Shown: positions 10,757 through 19,581, counted from the first letter of the stretch. The stretch is DNA of 49,763 nt from Oscillospiraceae bacterium (GCA_045531755.1 JAZSEP010000083.1:1-49763); one strand, 5' to 3'. Program-made: numbers and translations. The notes: a model not told the origin generated them from the letters alone.

Positions 10757-11311
10757 ATGAAAATCAAAAGTAGAAAAAACATTGCGAAGCTAAAAACTAT
10801 AGGGCTCGTATCGGTGCTTGTGTTGGCAGTTGTCACCGTAATAAAGATAGACGCCTCGATGCAGGTCTATGCCGCAAACACCGCGCCCAAAAACATAGCG
10901 CAAAAAATCGAAACCATTCCCGAGGACCCGATAAACCCCATTCCTGCAGGGGTGGTCACGTCAAGCTTTGGCGAAAGACAAAACCCCATAACCTCAAACG
11001 ACGAAATTCACAAAGGGGTTGACGTAGCGGCACCTGAGGGCACACCGATACGCCTTGTTTTCAGCGGTGTCATCGCCGAGGTGGGAGAAAGCGATATATA
11101 TGGAAAGTATATCCTCGTCGATCACGGTAACGAGCTGTATACCCGTTACTGCCATTGCAGCAGAGCGCTTGTCGAAGTAGGCTACAATCTAAAACAAGGG
11201 GAGATAATAGCCCTTGTGGGAAATACGGGTTGGTCAACGGGACCGCACCTTCACCTCGAGATAATCTCAAACGGAAAATACTGTGACCCCGAGTGGCTTA
11301 TACAATGGTAG
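10757..11311 (+). CDS. M23/LytM-family peptidase, membrane-anchored (SpoIVFA-like position)
   Basis: HKGVDVAAPEGTP (HxxxD) and GNTGWSTGPHLHLEI (HxH) motifs. N-terminal TM segment. ATG at 10757 follows a GAGGTGAGG RBS. Confidence 0.85.
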   Translation: MKIKSRKNIAKLKTIGLVSVLVLAVVTVIKIDASMQVYAANTAPKNIAQKIETIPEDPINPIPAGVVTSSFGERQNPITSNDEIHKGVDVAAPEGTPIRLVFSGVIAEVGESDIYGKYILVDHGNELYTRYCHCSRALVEVGYNLKQGEIIALVGNTGWSTGPHLHLEIISNGKYCDPEWLIQW

Positions 11312-11886
11312 AGTTTTCTGTACGAAACGTTAATATAAGGATAAGCTTCCTGTTTGTAGCAGCCTTAACGCTTTTGTCCCTGCAGGACAAAAGCGGTTTC
11401 GTTTTTCTGTCGGTTGTATTTTCTTTTCTGCACGAAATGGGACATATAACGGCGATGGCACTATGTAAGGAAAAAATAGACGAGCTCTCGTTCTATCCGT
11501 TTGGGATTTCCATGAAGCTGTCAAGCTCCTGCGCCCTTTCAACAGCCGAGGAGCTTTTCGTTCTGTCCTCGGGGTGCCTGGTAAATCTGATCTTTGCCAT
11601 AGCTTTCAAAAATCCCACGGTCACCTACATAAATATTGGTATATTTCTTTTCAATGCCCTTCCTATAGCAAACCTTGACGGCGGAAGGATAACGCGCCTT
11701 TTTGCTACGAGATTTTTTGGCGAAAGGAAAGGAAACAGGCTGTCAGACGTTTTGTCGGTTGTGTTTTTGGCACCTCTCTCTGCATTTGCTTTTTATACGG
11801 CGATGGACTCAGGACAGTTTTCGCTTTTCATCTGTTGCGTATACCTTGCGGCAATAACGATTTTTAAACGGGATAAACTTGCCTGA
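11305..11886 (+). CDS. M50 site-2 protease family protein (short SpoIVFB-like, no CBS domain)
   Basis: HEMGH zinc motif and NALPIANLDGG motif in a polytopic membrane protein. The start overlaps the M23 stop (ATGGTAG). Confidence 0.75.
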   Translation: MVEFSVRNVNIRISFLFVAALTLLSLQDKSGFVFLSVVFSFLHEMGHITAMALCKEKIDELSFYPFGISMKLSSSCALSTAEELFVLSSGCLVNLIFAIAFKNPTVTYINIGIFLFNALPIANLDGGRITRLFATRFFGERKGNRLSDVLSVVFLAPLSAFAFYTAMDSGQFSLFICCVYLAAITIFKRDKLA

Positions 11887-11890
11887 ATAG

Positions 11891-11919
11891 TTGCAAAAAT
11901 TTTGTCGGTGTGTTATACT
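11891..11919 (+). promoter_or_regulatory. Sigma-A-type promoter for valS
   Basis: TTGCAA (11891-11896), 17-nt spacer, TGt-TATACT extended -10 (11914-11919). Confidence 0.6.
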
Positions 11920-11953
11920 AATTTAGTTACCAATGTTTTTTGGAGGGACAGTT

Positions 11954-14569
11954 ATGACAAAAGAACTGGACAAGCTTTACGATCCTCAGAAGGTTGAGGA
12001 TAGGATATACGATTTTTGGGTGGACAAAAGATACTTCCACGCAGAAGTTGATGAAACAAAGAAGCCCTATACGATAGTGATTCCGCCCCCGAACATAACG
12101 GGACAGCTTCATATGGGTCACGCCCTTGACAACACCTTGCAGGATATTCTCATAAGATACAAGAGAATGCAGGGCTTTTCTACCCTCTGGCTCCCCGGCA
12201 CAGACCACGCGTCTATCGCCACCGAGGCAAAGATTGTTGAGGCAATGCGCAAGGAAGGTATCTCCAAAGAGGAAATCGGAAGAGAAGCGTTCCTTGAAAG
12301 AGCGTGGGACTGGAAGGCAAAGTACGGCGGAAGAATCATCGAACAGCTCAAGAAGATGGGCTCCTCATGCGATTGGGAGAGAGAACGCTTCACACTTGAC
12401 GAAGGCTGCTCCAAGGCGGTTAACGAGGTTTTTGTCAACCTTTATAATAAAGGTCTCATCTATCGCGGCGAGCGTATAATCAACTGGTGCCCCGTCTGTA
12501 AGACCTCAATTTCGGACGCTGAGGTTGAGTATTCCGAACAGGACGGCTTCTTCTGGCATATAAAATATCCTCTGTCTGACGGCAGCGGATACCTCGAGCT
12601 TGCAACCACAAGACCCGAAACAATGCTCGGTGATACCGCGGTTGCAGTAAACCCCAATGACGAAAGATATAAGCACCTTGTAGGTAAAACACTCACACTT
12701 CCTATAGTAAACAAAGAAATTCCGATAGTTGCAGACGACTACGTTGAGATGGACTTCGGTACAGGCGTTGTTAAGATTACCCCTGCACACGACCCCAACG
12801 ACTTCGAGGTCGGACTCAGACACAATCTTCCTATCATCAACGTTATGAACGAAGATGCAACGATGAATGAGCTTGCAGGCGAGTATAAGGGTCTCGACCG
12901 CTACGAAGCGAGAAAGCTCATCGTCAAGAAGCTTGAAGAACTCGGACTTCTCGTTAAGACCGAGCCTCACGCTCATAACGTCGGAGAGTGCTACCGTTGC
13001 TCCACAACCGTTGAACCGAGAGTTTCTAAACAATGGTTCGTCAAGATGGAGCCTCTTGCTAAGCCTGCTATCGAGGCAGTGCAAAGCGGAAAGACAAAGT
13101 TCATTCCCGAGCGCTTTGATAAGATATATTTTCATTGGATGGAGAACATCCGTGACTGGTGCATCTCCCGTCAGCTTTGGTGGGGACACAGAATTCCTGC
13201 ATACTACTGTGACCAGTGCGGTGAAACCGTAGTTTCCAAGGAAGCCCCCACAGTATGTCCCAAGTGCGGATGCACACATCTCACACAGGACGAGGACACA
13301 CTTGACACCTGGTTCTCTTCTGCACTCTGGCCCTTCTCCACTTTAGGTTGGCCCGAGAAAACAGAGGAGCTCAAGTACTTCTATCCCACAAACACCCTCG
13401 TTACAGGTTACGATATAATCTTCTTCTGGGTAGCTCGAATGATGTTCTCCGGAATCGAGCATATGGGCGACGTTCCGTTTGACACCGTTCTCATCCACGG
13501 ACTTGTCCGCGACGAGCAGGGAAGAAAGATGAGTAAATCTCTCGGCAACGGTATCGACCCGCTTGAGATGATTGACGTCTACGGTGCAGATGCACTCCGC
13601 CTCACCCTTGCGACAGGAAACTCCCCCGGAAACGATATGCGCTTCTCCGAAAAGAAGATTACCGCAAGCAGAAACTTTGCTAATAAGCTTTGGAATGCAA
13701 GCAGATTTATCCTTATGAATCTCTCGGATTCTGTAACTGCAGAGCTTCCCGCTACCCTCACAACAGAGGATAAGTGGTTTATCAGCAAGTACAACTCTCT
13801 CGTAAAAGAGGTCACCGAGAATATCGACCGTTACGAGCTCGGTATCGCAGTACAGAAGCTCTATGACTTCATCTGGGATATTATGTGCGACTGGTTTATC
13901 GAGATTACCAAGCCTCGTATGCAGGAGGGCGGCGAAACAGCCGAGAATGCACAGAGAGTTCTCGTCTACGTAATGAGCGGAACCCTCAAGCTTCTCCATC
14001 CGTTTATGCCCTTCATCACAGAGGAAATCTGGCAGGCTCTTCCCCACGAGGGCGAAAGCATCATGGTTTCCCAGTGGCCCCAGTATGATGAAAAGCTCAA
14101 CTTCAAGAAGGAAGAAGCAGAGTTTGAAATTCTTATGGATGCCATCAAGGCTATCCGTAACACCCGTTCGCAGATGAACGTACCGCCTTCAAAGAAAGCA
14201 GATCTCTTTATAGAAACTGCGCACAAAGAAATCTTTGAAAACGGCAAAAAGTTCCTCGAAAGACTTGCTTCTGCCGCAGAGGTTCATATCGGCGACCGCT
14301 TTGATATGGACGGCGCGGTTCAGGTTATCGCAAACGGATCCAAAACACTCATTCCGATGGACGAGCTTGTTGACAAGGAAAAGGAACGCGCAAGACTTGA
14401 AAAGGAAAAGGCTGCCTGCGAAAAGGATTTTGCAATGATTTCAGGTAAGCTCAGCAATCAAGGCTTCCTTGCAAAAGCGCCTCAGGCGGTAGTTGACGGC
14501 GAAAAGGCAAAACTCGAAAAGATAAAAGAAAAGATGAAGCTTATCGAGGAAGGCCTTAAAAATCTTTAA
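11954..14569 (+). CDS. valS: Valine--tRNA ligase
   Basis: Class I HIGH ([11 protein letters not shown]) and KMSKS motifs. C-terminal coiled coil. ATG at 11954 follows a GGAGGG RBS. Confidence 0.97.
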   Translation: MTKELDKLYDPQKVEDRIYDFWVDKRYFHAEVDETKKPYTIVIPPPNITGQLHMGHALDNTLQDILIRYKRMQGFSTLWLPGTDHASIATEAKIVEAMRKEGISKEEIGREAFLERAWDWKAKYGGRIIEQLKKMGSSCDWERERFTLDEGCSKAVNEVFVNLYNKGLIYRGERIINWCPVCKTSISDAEVEYSEQDGFFWHIKYPLSDGSGYLELATTRPETMLGDTAVAVNPNDERYKHLVGKTLTLPIVNKEIPIVADDYVEMDFGTGVVKITPAHDPNDFEVGLRHNLPIINVMNEDATMNELAGEYKGLDRYEARKLIVKKLEELGLLVKTEPHAHNVGECYRCSTTVEPRVSKQWFVKMEPLAKPAIEAVQSGKTKFIPERFDKIYFHWMENIRDWCISRQLWWGHRIPAYYCDQCGETVVSKEAPTVCPKCGCTHLTQDEDTLDTWFSSALWPFSTLGWPEKTEELKYFYPTNTLVTGYDIIFFWVARMMFSGIEHMGDVPFDTVLIHGLVRDEQGRKMSKSLGNGIDPLEMIDVYGADALRLTLATGNSPGNDMRFSEKKITASRNFANKLWNASRFILMNLSDSVTAELPATLTTEDKWFISKYNSLVKEVTENIDRYELGIAVQKLYDFIWDIMCDWFIEITKPRMQEGGETAENAQRVLVYVMSGTLKLLHPFMPFITEEIWQALPHEGESIMVSQWPQYDEKLNFKKEEAEFEILMDAIKAIRNTRSQMNVPPSKKADLFIETAHKEIFENGKKFLERLASAAEVHIGDRFDMDGAVQVIANGSKTLIPMDELVDKEKERARLEKEKAACEKDFAMISGKLSNQGFLAKAPQAVVDGEKAKLEKIKEKMKLIEEGLKNL

Positions 14570-14574
14570 TGCTT

Positions 14575-14604
14575 AAGGACCGAAGCTCGCTTTGGTCCTT
14601 TTCT
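14575..14604 (+). terminator. Rho-independent terminator after valS
   Basis: 11-bp stem 14575-14585/14590-14600 (one G-U pair), 4-nt loop, then TTCTGT. Confidence 0.65.
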
Positions 14605-14621
14605 GTAACGGAGGGGGAAAT

Positions 14622-15977
14622 ATGAAAAACAAATTCTTGTCAACATTTGCGCTTCTGATGACTGTAGTAATTCTGTTGCTATCTTGTGGATGTAGCGGCG
14701 AAAAAGGCTCGGGCTACACTCTTAACGGTGTGCCGCTTGAAAAATACAGTATAGTTTATGGCGAAACTGATTACGGCTACGGAATTGAGTTTGCAAGGAT
14801 TCTCCGTTCCAATATTGAGGAAAAAACCGGCATAACGCTAAAACTTTCAAAGGACACAAATGAAGCCGAGAAGTATGAAATACTTTTCGGTGACACCAAC
14901 CGCAAAACAAAATTCGACTCAGACGACCTGGGTGCACTCGACTATGCTTTTGCCACCGAGGGCAAAAAGGTTGTCCTAAACGCAGGAGAAGAGTACATAC
15001 TTGAGGTTGTTGCAGACGAATTTGCAAAGCTCTATGAAGACAGCCAAAAGCTCTCGATTTCCAAAACCCCAACAGTAAAGACTTTTGAGTTTGAAAAACC
15101 CAAGAGCGTCATCCTTCTGATTGGCGACGGAATGGGAGAAAACCACATAAGGTACGCGCTTGACAACGGACTTGACACCTTCATCGGCAACGTAATGACG
15201 AACAGGGGCTATTGCACAACCTCTTCGGTGTCGGGTGTTACCGATAGCGCTGCCGCTGCTACAGCCTTGTCGACGGGATATAAAACCACCAACGGCAAGG
15301 TGGGAAAAGATGTGAACGGAAAGAACGTCAAGGTGATGGGTGAGCTTGCTCTCGAAAAAGGCAAGCACCTGATGGTTATATCCAACTATCCTATAACCGA
15401 CGCCACCCCTGCGGGCTTCACGTCCCACGCTTATAACAGATCGGAAGACGGTACTATCAGAATCTACCAGTCTAAGCTAATGAAGGACGAAAAGGTTATT
15501 GCACTCGAATCCATAACCTCCAATACTTTGGCAGGATTTGTCGAAGCACTTGCTGAATACGATAAGCTCGAAACAAAAAACGGCTTCTTCTTTATGAACG
15601 AGGAATGTTGCTGTGACGCTTCGGGACATAACAATGAATTTTTTCTCGCGGTAGAAGCCGTAACTCGTATCGACCAGCTTGCTCGTTCTGCAATATCCTA
15701 TATCTTGAAGCATCCCGACACAGTACTTATAATGACAGCGGACCACGAGACGGGCGGAATTACCTATGACGCGGAAAAAGACACTTGGAGCTTCACCACT
15801 ACCAATCACACGGGCGTAGATGTTCCTGTGTTCGCGATGGGATATGGTACGGAGGTCTTCAACAAAACGACGGTGGATAACACCGATATATCGAGGTTTA
15901 TCGCAAATATTATGGGAGAGATAAACTGGGGCGACCCCGAAATCACTCCGAAAATCACATTGCCTGACCTCAACTAA
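14622..15977 (+). CDS. Lipoprotein alkaline phosphatase with an additional N-terminal domain
   Basis: Signal peptide with lipobox (LLSCGC). Alkaline phosphatase motifs DGMG, DSAAAATA (catalytic Ser), DASGH, TADHETGG and NHTG. ATG at 14622 follows a GGAGGGGG RBS. Confidence 0.8.
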   Translation: MKNKFLSTFALLMTVVILLLSCGCSGEKGSGYTLNGVPLEKYSIVYGETDYGYGIEFARILRSNIEEKTGITLKLSKDTNEAEKYEILFGDTNRKTKFDSDDLGALDYAFATEGKKVVLNAGEEYILEVVADEFAKLYEDSQKLSISKTPTVKTFEFEKPKSVILLIGDGMGENHIRYALDNGLDTFIGNVMTNRGYCTTSSVSGVTDSAAAATALSTGYKTTNGKVGKDVNGKNVKVMGELALEKGKHLMVISNYPITDATPAGFTSHAYNRSEDGTIRIYQSKLMKDEKVIALESITSNTLAGFVEALAEYDKLETKNGFFFMNEECCCDASGHNNEFFLAVEAVTRIDQLARSAISYILKHPDTVLIMTADHETGGITYDAEKDTWSFTTTNHTGVDVPVFAMGYGTEVFNKTTVDNTDISRFIANIMGEINWGDPEITPKITLPDLN

Positions 15978-16080
15978 TCTCTTATCTACCCGTCGTAGCA
16001 AAAAACGAACAGCACCACTAAATACAGGAGCATTCGTCATTTTGCACAAAAATTCCCTCGAAAATTCGTAAAAATTTCTA

Positions 16081-16115
16081 CACCCCCAAAGTAAAAAATG
16101 CTTGCTTTGGGGGTG
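16081..16115 (+). other. 11-bp GC-rich hairpin, possibly a terminator of the phosphatase gene, overlapping the S10 promoter -35
   Basis: CACCCCCAAAG (16081-16091) pairs with CTTTGGGGGTG (16105-16115), 13-nt loop. No clean T-run on the + strand. Confidence 0.4.
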
Positions 16116-16130
16116 TAATTGTGATAATAT
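16102..16130 (+). promoter_or_regulatory. Candidate sigma-A promoter of the S10 operon or leader RNA
   Basis: TTGCTT (16102-16107), 17-nt spacer, TAATAT (16125-16130). Alternative reading is a TGT-GATAAT extended -10. A-rich tract upstream. Confidence 0.5.
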
Positions 16131-16300
16131 AGACAAGGTGACTGCACTGATATGCGTTGAAGCGGGAGGTTGCTACCCTGTGAGGTAGGTAATTTCCGCC
16201 GAGTATGTCCGATTTAAAACCGGGCGACATGAATTGAATCGAGTTTCCGTTTTACCGTAGGGGATTTCTGCGGTCTTGCGCGTGAAACGCCGTTTGTTCA

Positions 16301-16334
16301 TCCGGATTTGATCATCGATCGAACCGGATTTTTT
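16301..16334 (+). terminator. Intrinsic terminator inside the rpsJ leader
   Basis: TCCGGATTTGATC / GATCGAACCGGA gives 12 bp with one bulged A, followed immediately by TTTTTT (16329-16334). Confidence 0.7.
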
Positions 16335-16345
16335 AAACGGAAAGT

Positions 16346-16363
16346 CACGGAACACACGGAACA
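16346..16363 (+). repeat. Perfect tandem repeat CACGGAACA x2
   Basis: Read directly: 16346-16354 and 16355-16363. A third ACGGAA lies at 16337-16342. Confidence 0.9.
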
Positions 16364-16428
16364 GTGTTCAAATCATATCGTTGCTCCCGAGTGAAAAAGT
16401 TGCACAAATAAAAAAGGAGGCGATTATA

Positions 16429-16740
16429 GTGGCAGTCAAAGAAAAAATCAGAATCAGACTCAAGGGATACGATCATCAGTTGGTTGATGCTGCAGCCGAG
16501 AAGATTGTAGACACCGCGAAGAGAATGGGTGCTTCTTATTCCGGACCGATTCCGCTCCCCACAGAGAAGGAAATCGTTACCATTCTCCGCGCTGTTCATA
16601 AGTATAAGGACAGCCGTGAGCAGTTTGAAATGAGAACACACAAAAGACTCATCGACATCATGAGACCTTCACAGAAAGTTGTCGAGGCTCTGATGGGTCT
16701 GGAACTCCCTGCCGGAGTGGAAATCGAAGTAAAACTTTAA
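16429..16740 (+). CDS. rpsJ: 30S ribosomal protein S10
   Basis: GTG start 8 nt after AAGGAGG. Sequence (M)[19 protein letters not shown] matches the S10 family. First gene of the S10 cluster. Confidence 0.96.
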   Translation: MAVKEKIRIRLKGYDHQLVDAAAEKIVDTAKRMGASYSGPIPLPTEKEIVTILRAVHKYKDSREQFEMRTHKRLIDIMRPSQKVVEALMGLELPAGVEIEVKL

Positions 16741-16807
16741 TGCTTTGATGCTCCCCAGCAGGTCACGTTGGCGAAAAGCCAACCAATAACCTAAGGAGGT
16801 AGGAAAA

Positions 16808-17440
16808 ATGCAGAAAGCGATCATTGGAAAAAAGATCGGAATGACACAGCTTTTTGACGAAAAGGGAAAGGTAATTCCCGTAACCGTAATTGAAGCTGGT
16901 CCCTGTGTCGTAGTTACCAAGAAGACAATCGAAAACGACGGCTATGAAGCTGTGCAGATCGGTTATGGTGACATCGCAGACAAAAAGGTGACTAAGCCCA
17001 TGAAGGGTCACTTCGCAAAGGCTGATGTTGCAGCAAAGAAATTCTTGAAAGAATTCAGACTCGAAGACACATCCGTACTCAACATCGGTGACATCGTAAA
17101 AGCAGACACATTTGCTAACGGTGACAAGGTTGACGTACAGGGTATCAGCAAAGGTAAAGGCTATGCCGGCACCATCAAACGCTGGAACGGACATTCACTT
17201 AAGGATACACACGGTACCGGCCCTGTTCACAGACATGCAGGTTCCATGGGTGCAAACAGTGACCCGTCCAGAGTAATGAAGGGCAAGAAACTCCCTGGCC
17301 ATATGGGTACAGAGAAGGTTACTGTCCAGAACCTTGAAGTTGTCAAGGTAGATGTTGAAAATAATCTGATTGCGCTTAAAGGTGCTATTCCCGGTCCTAA
17401 GGGCGGAATAGTCTACGTAACAGATAGCGTTAAGGCGTAA
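16808..17440 (+). CDS. rplC: 50S ribosomal protein L3
   Basis: [20 protein letters not shown] matches L3. Operon order and RBS agree. Confidence 0.97.
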   Translation: MQKAIIGKKIGMTQLFDEKGKVIPVTVIEAGPCVVVTKKTIENDGYEAVQIGYGDIADKKVTKPMKGHFAKADVAAKKFLKEFRLEDTSVLNIGDIVKADTFANGDKVDVQGISKGKGYAGTIKRWNGHSLKDTHGTGPVHRHAGSMGANSDPSRVMKGKKLPGHMGTEKVTVQNLEVVKVDVENNLIALKGAIPGPKGGIVYVTDSVKA

Positions 17441-17458
17441 GGGAAGGAGGAAGCACAA

Positions 17459-18082
17459 ATGCCAATGGTTAAAGTATTTGACATGGCAGGCAAGAATGTT
17501 GGTGAAATCAACCTTTCTGATGCCATCTTCGGTATAGAGCCGAATAAGTATGCTATGCACGCAGCGCTCGTAAACTTCTTGGCAAATCAGCGTCAGGGCA
17601 CACAGTCCACACTGACAAGAACAGAAGTAAGAGGCGGCGGCAGAAAGCCGTGGAAGCAAAAGGGGACAGGTCATGCAAGACAGGGTTCCATTCGTGCTCC
17701 CCAATGGAGACATGGCGGTATCGCCCTGGGCCCCAAACCCCGCGATTACAGCTACTCCCTCAACAAGAAAGTTAAGCGTCTTGCTCTCAAGTCTGCGCTT
17801 TCCAGCAAGGTTCTTGAGAACGGCGTAATCGTTCTTGATGAGCTCAAGGTCGAAACAATAAAGACCAAAACAATCGTCAACATGCTCACAGCACTTGAGG
17901 CTCCCAAGAAGGTCCTCATCATCACTGCTGAGGTTGACACAAATGTTGTAAAGAGTGCTAATAACATCCCCGGTGTTAAAACTGCTCCGGCAAACACTCT
18001 CAACATTTTCGACGTTCTCAACTCCGATAAGATTATCGTAGTAAAGGACGCTGTTGCAAAGCTTGAGGAGGTGTATGCATAA
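17459..18082 (+). CDS. rplD: 50S ribosomal protein L4
   Basis: L4 family sequence ([22 protein letters not shown]). Operon order agrees. Confidence 0.97.
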   Translation: MPMVKVFDMAGKNVGEINLSDAIFGIEPNKYAMHAALVNFLANQRQGTQSTLTRTEVRGGGRKPWKQKGTGHARQGSIRAPQWRHGGIALGPKPRDYSYSLNKKVKRLALKSALSSKVLENGVIVLDELKVETIKTKTIVNMLTALEAPKKVLIITAEVDTNVVKSANNIPGVKTAPANTLNIFDVLNSDKIIVVKDAVAKLEEVYA

Positions 18083-18375
18083 TGAAACTGGCACAGGATA
18101 TCGTTTTGAAGCCGGTTATCACCGAAGCGAGCATGGAAAACATGCAACTGAAGAAGTACACATTCAAGGTTGCTAAGAGTGCAAACAAGATTGAGATTGC
18201 AAAGGCAGTTGAAGAACTGTTCGGCGTAAAGGTTGAGTCTGTCAACACAATGAACGTTGGCGGAAGAAGAAAGACCATGGGCCGCAGCGCAGGCTATACA
18301 CCTGACTGGAAGAAAGCAATCGTAACACTTACTGCAGATTCCAAGGGCATCGAGTTCTTTGAGAGCATGCAATAA
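18082..18375 (+). CDS. rplW: 50S ribosomal protein L23
   Basis: TAATG overlap with rplD. L23 family sequence. Confidence 0.96.
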   Translation: MKLAQDIVLKPVITEASMENMQLKKYTFKVAKSANKIEIAKAVEELFGVKVESVNTMNVGGRRKTMGRSAGYTPDWKKAIVTLTADSKGIEFFESMQ

Positions 18376-18441
18376 GGCACCGTTTTCCATATTTATGGGA
18401 AACTCATAAACCCGATAAATATATGAGGAGAGTGAAACTCA

Positions 18442-19275
18442 ATGGCTGTTAAATCATACAAGCCTACAACACCTTCTCGTCGTCAGATGACTGTTACAGA
18501 TTACAGCGTTCTTTCTAAGGTTGAGCCTGAGAAGAGCCTGCTTGCTCCTGTTAAATCCAAATCCGGAAGAAACAGCTACGGCAGAATCACAGTTCGTCAC
18601 AGAGGCGGCGCTAACAGAAGGAAATATCGTATTATAGACTTCAAGAGAGATAAGTTCGACATTCCCGCACAGGTAATGACACTCGAATACGACCCCAACC
18701 GTTCCGCACACATCGCACTTCTTCAGTACGAAGACGGCGAGAAGCGTTACATCATCGCTCCTAACGGACTCAAGGTTGGCGATACAGTAGTATCCAGCAC
18801 AACAGCTGATATTAAGCCCGGAAACGCGCTTCCCCTCGCTAACATCCCCGTTGGTACATTTATCCACAACATCGAGCTTTATCCCGGTAAGGGTGCACAG
18901 CTTGCAAGAGCAGCTGGTATCATGGCTCAGTTGATGGCTAAAGAAGGCGTATACGCACTTATCAGACTTCCTTCCGGTGAGCTCAGAAACGTTCCCCAGG
19001 AATGTATGGCAACCATCGGACAGGTAGGAAACCTCGAGCACGAGAACATCAACATCGGTAAAGCTGGTAGAAAGCGTCACATGGGTTGGAGACCTACAGT
19101 ACGCGGTTCTGTAATGAACCCCTGCGATCACCCCCACGGTGGTGGTGAAGGTAAATCTCCTATCGGACGTCCCGGACCGGTTACACCTTGGGGCAAGCCT
19201 GCTCTCGGTTACAAGACCAGATCCAAGCACAATCGCTCCGATAAGTTCATCGTAAAACGTCGTAACGATAAGTAA
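18442..19275 (+). CDS. rplB: 50S ribosomal protein L2
   Basis: [14 protein letters not shown]...GGGEGK matches L2. Confidence 0.98.
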   Translation: MAVKSYKPTTPSRRQMTVTDYSVLSKVEPEKSLLAPVKSKSGRNSYGRITVRHRGGANRRKYRIIDFKRDKFDIPAQVMTLEYDPNRSAHIALLQYEDGEKRYIIAPNGLKVGDTVVSSTTADIKPGNALPLANIPVGTFIHNIELYPGKGAQLARAAGIMAQLMAKEGVYALIRLPSGELRNVPQECMATIGQVGNLEHENINIGKAGRKRHMGWRPTVRGSVMNPCDHPHGGGEGKSPIGRPGPVTPWGKPALGYKTRSKHNRSDKFIVKRRNDK

Positions 19276-19302
19276 GACGGGCTGAAAGGAGGCAAATGAA
19301 TA

Positions 19303-19581
19303 ATGGGTAGAAGTATTAAAAAAGGACCCTACGTGCTGGAATCCCTGTACAAGAAGGTTCTTGAAATGAACAAAAACGGCGAAAAGAAAGTCGTAAAAAC
19401 TTGGAGCCGTTCTTCAACAATATTCCCAGATTTCGTTGGACATACATTTGCTGTTCATGACGGCAGAAAACATGTACCGGTATATGTAACAGAGGACATG
19501 GTAGGACACAAGCTCGGAGAGTTTGCACCCACCAGAACCTACAAGGGACACGCCGGTGCAAAAACAACGAAGGGTAAGTAA
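19303..19581 (+). CDS. rpsS: 30S ribosomal protein S19
   Basis: [11 protein letters not shown]...[11 protein letters not shown] matches S19. Confidence 0.98.
   Translation: MGRSIKKGPYVLESLYKKVLEMNKNGEKKVVKTWSRSSTIFPDFVGHTFAVHDGRKHVPVYVTEDMVGHKLGEFAPTRTYKGHAGAKTTKGK

Larger units (their letters stand above)
16136..16428 (+). promoter_or_regulatory. Structured 5' leader of rpsJ (candidate attenuator or sRNA)
   Basis: ~290 nt between the predicted start site and the rpsJ GTG. Contains hairpin 16162-16199, terminator 16301-16334 and repeats 16346-16363. No convincing ORF. Confidence 0.5.

Noticed and set aside
14592-14621. N-terminally extended starts in the ORF track. Affected starts: 10748, 11293, 11933, 14592, 16381, 19523, 21944, 25105, 26837, 28239, 33161, 33248, 34882, 41726, 41775 and 43154.
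   Set aside because: In each case an in-frame ATG or GTG further downstream is preceded at 5-9 nt by a strong GGAGG-type RBS and gives the canonical family N-terminus or signal peptide. The extended start either overlaps the upstream gene or terminator or sits inside the RBS.
16131-16337. Possibility that the rpsJ-upstream RNA is a known housekeeping RNA or riboswitch (tmRNA, RNase P, SRP/4.5S, 6S, T-box, common riboswitches)
   Set aside because: I could not find the diagnostic conserved blocks of any of these. Missing examples include GAGGAAAGUCCGGGC of RNase P, the SRP domain IV GGAA motifs in context, the T-box AGGGUGGNACCGCG, and the purine, TPP, SAM, FMN and c-di-GMP cores. 6S RNA cannot be excluded by eye and needs a covariance-model scan.
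16337-16361. ACGGAA triplet as a TwoAYGGAY-type motif or CsrA sites
   Set aside because: The motif here is ACGGAA, not AYGGAY. CsrA regulation of ribosomal operons is not established. It is kept as an unexplained repeat in the findings and not assigned to either class.
16173-16641. Two short minus-strand ORFs (16173-16355 and 16345-16641) in the rpsJ leader region
   Set aside because: They have no Shine-Dalgarno site, use non-ATG starts and overlap rpsJ antisense. The region is better explained as structured non-coding RNA.
17195-18094. 299-aa minus-strand ORF across rplC/rplD, plus many similar 60-280-aa antisense ORFs throughout the ribosomal cluster
   Set aside because: They are antisense to universally conserved ribosomal protein genes, with no independent start signals.
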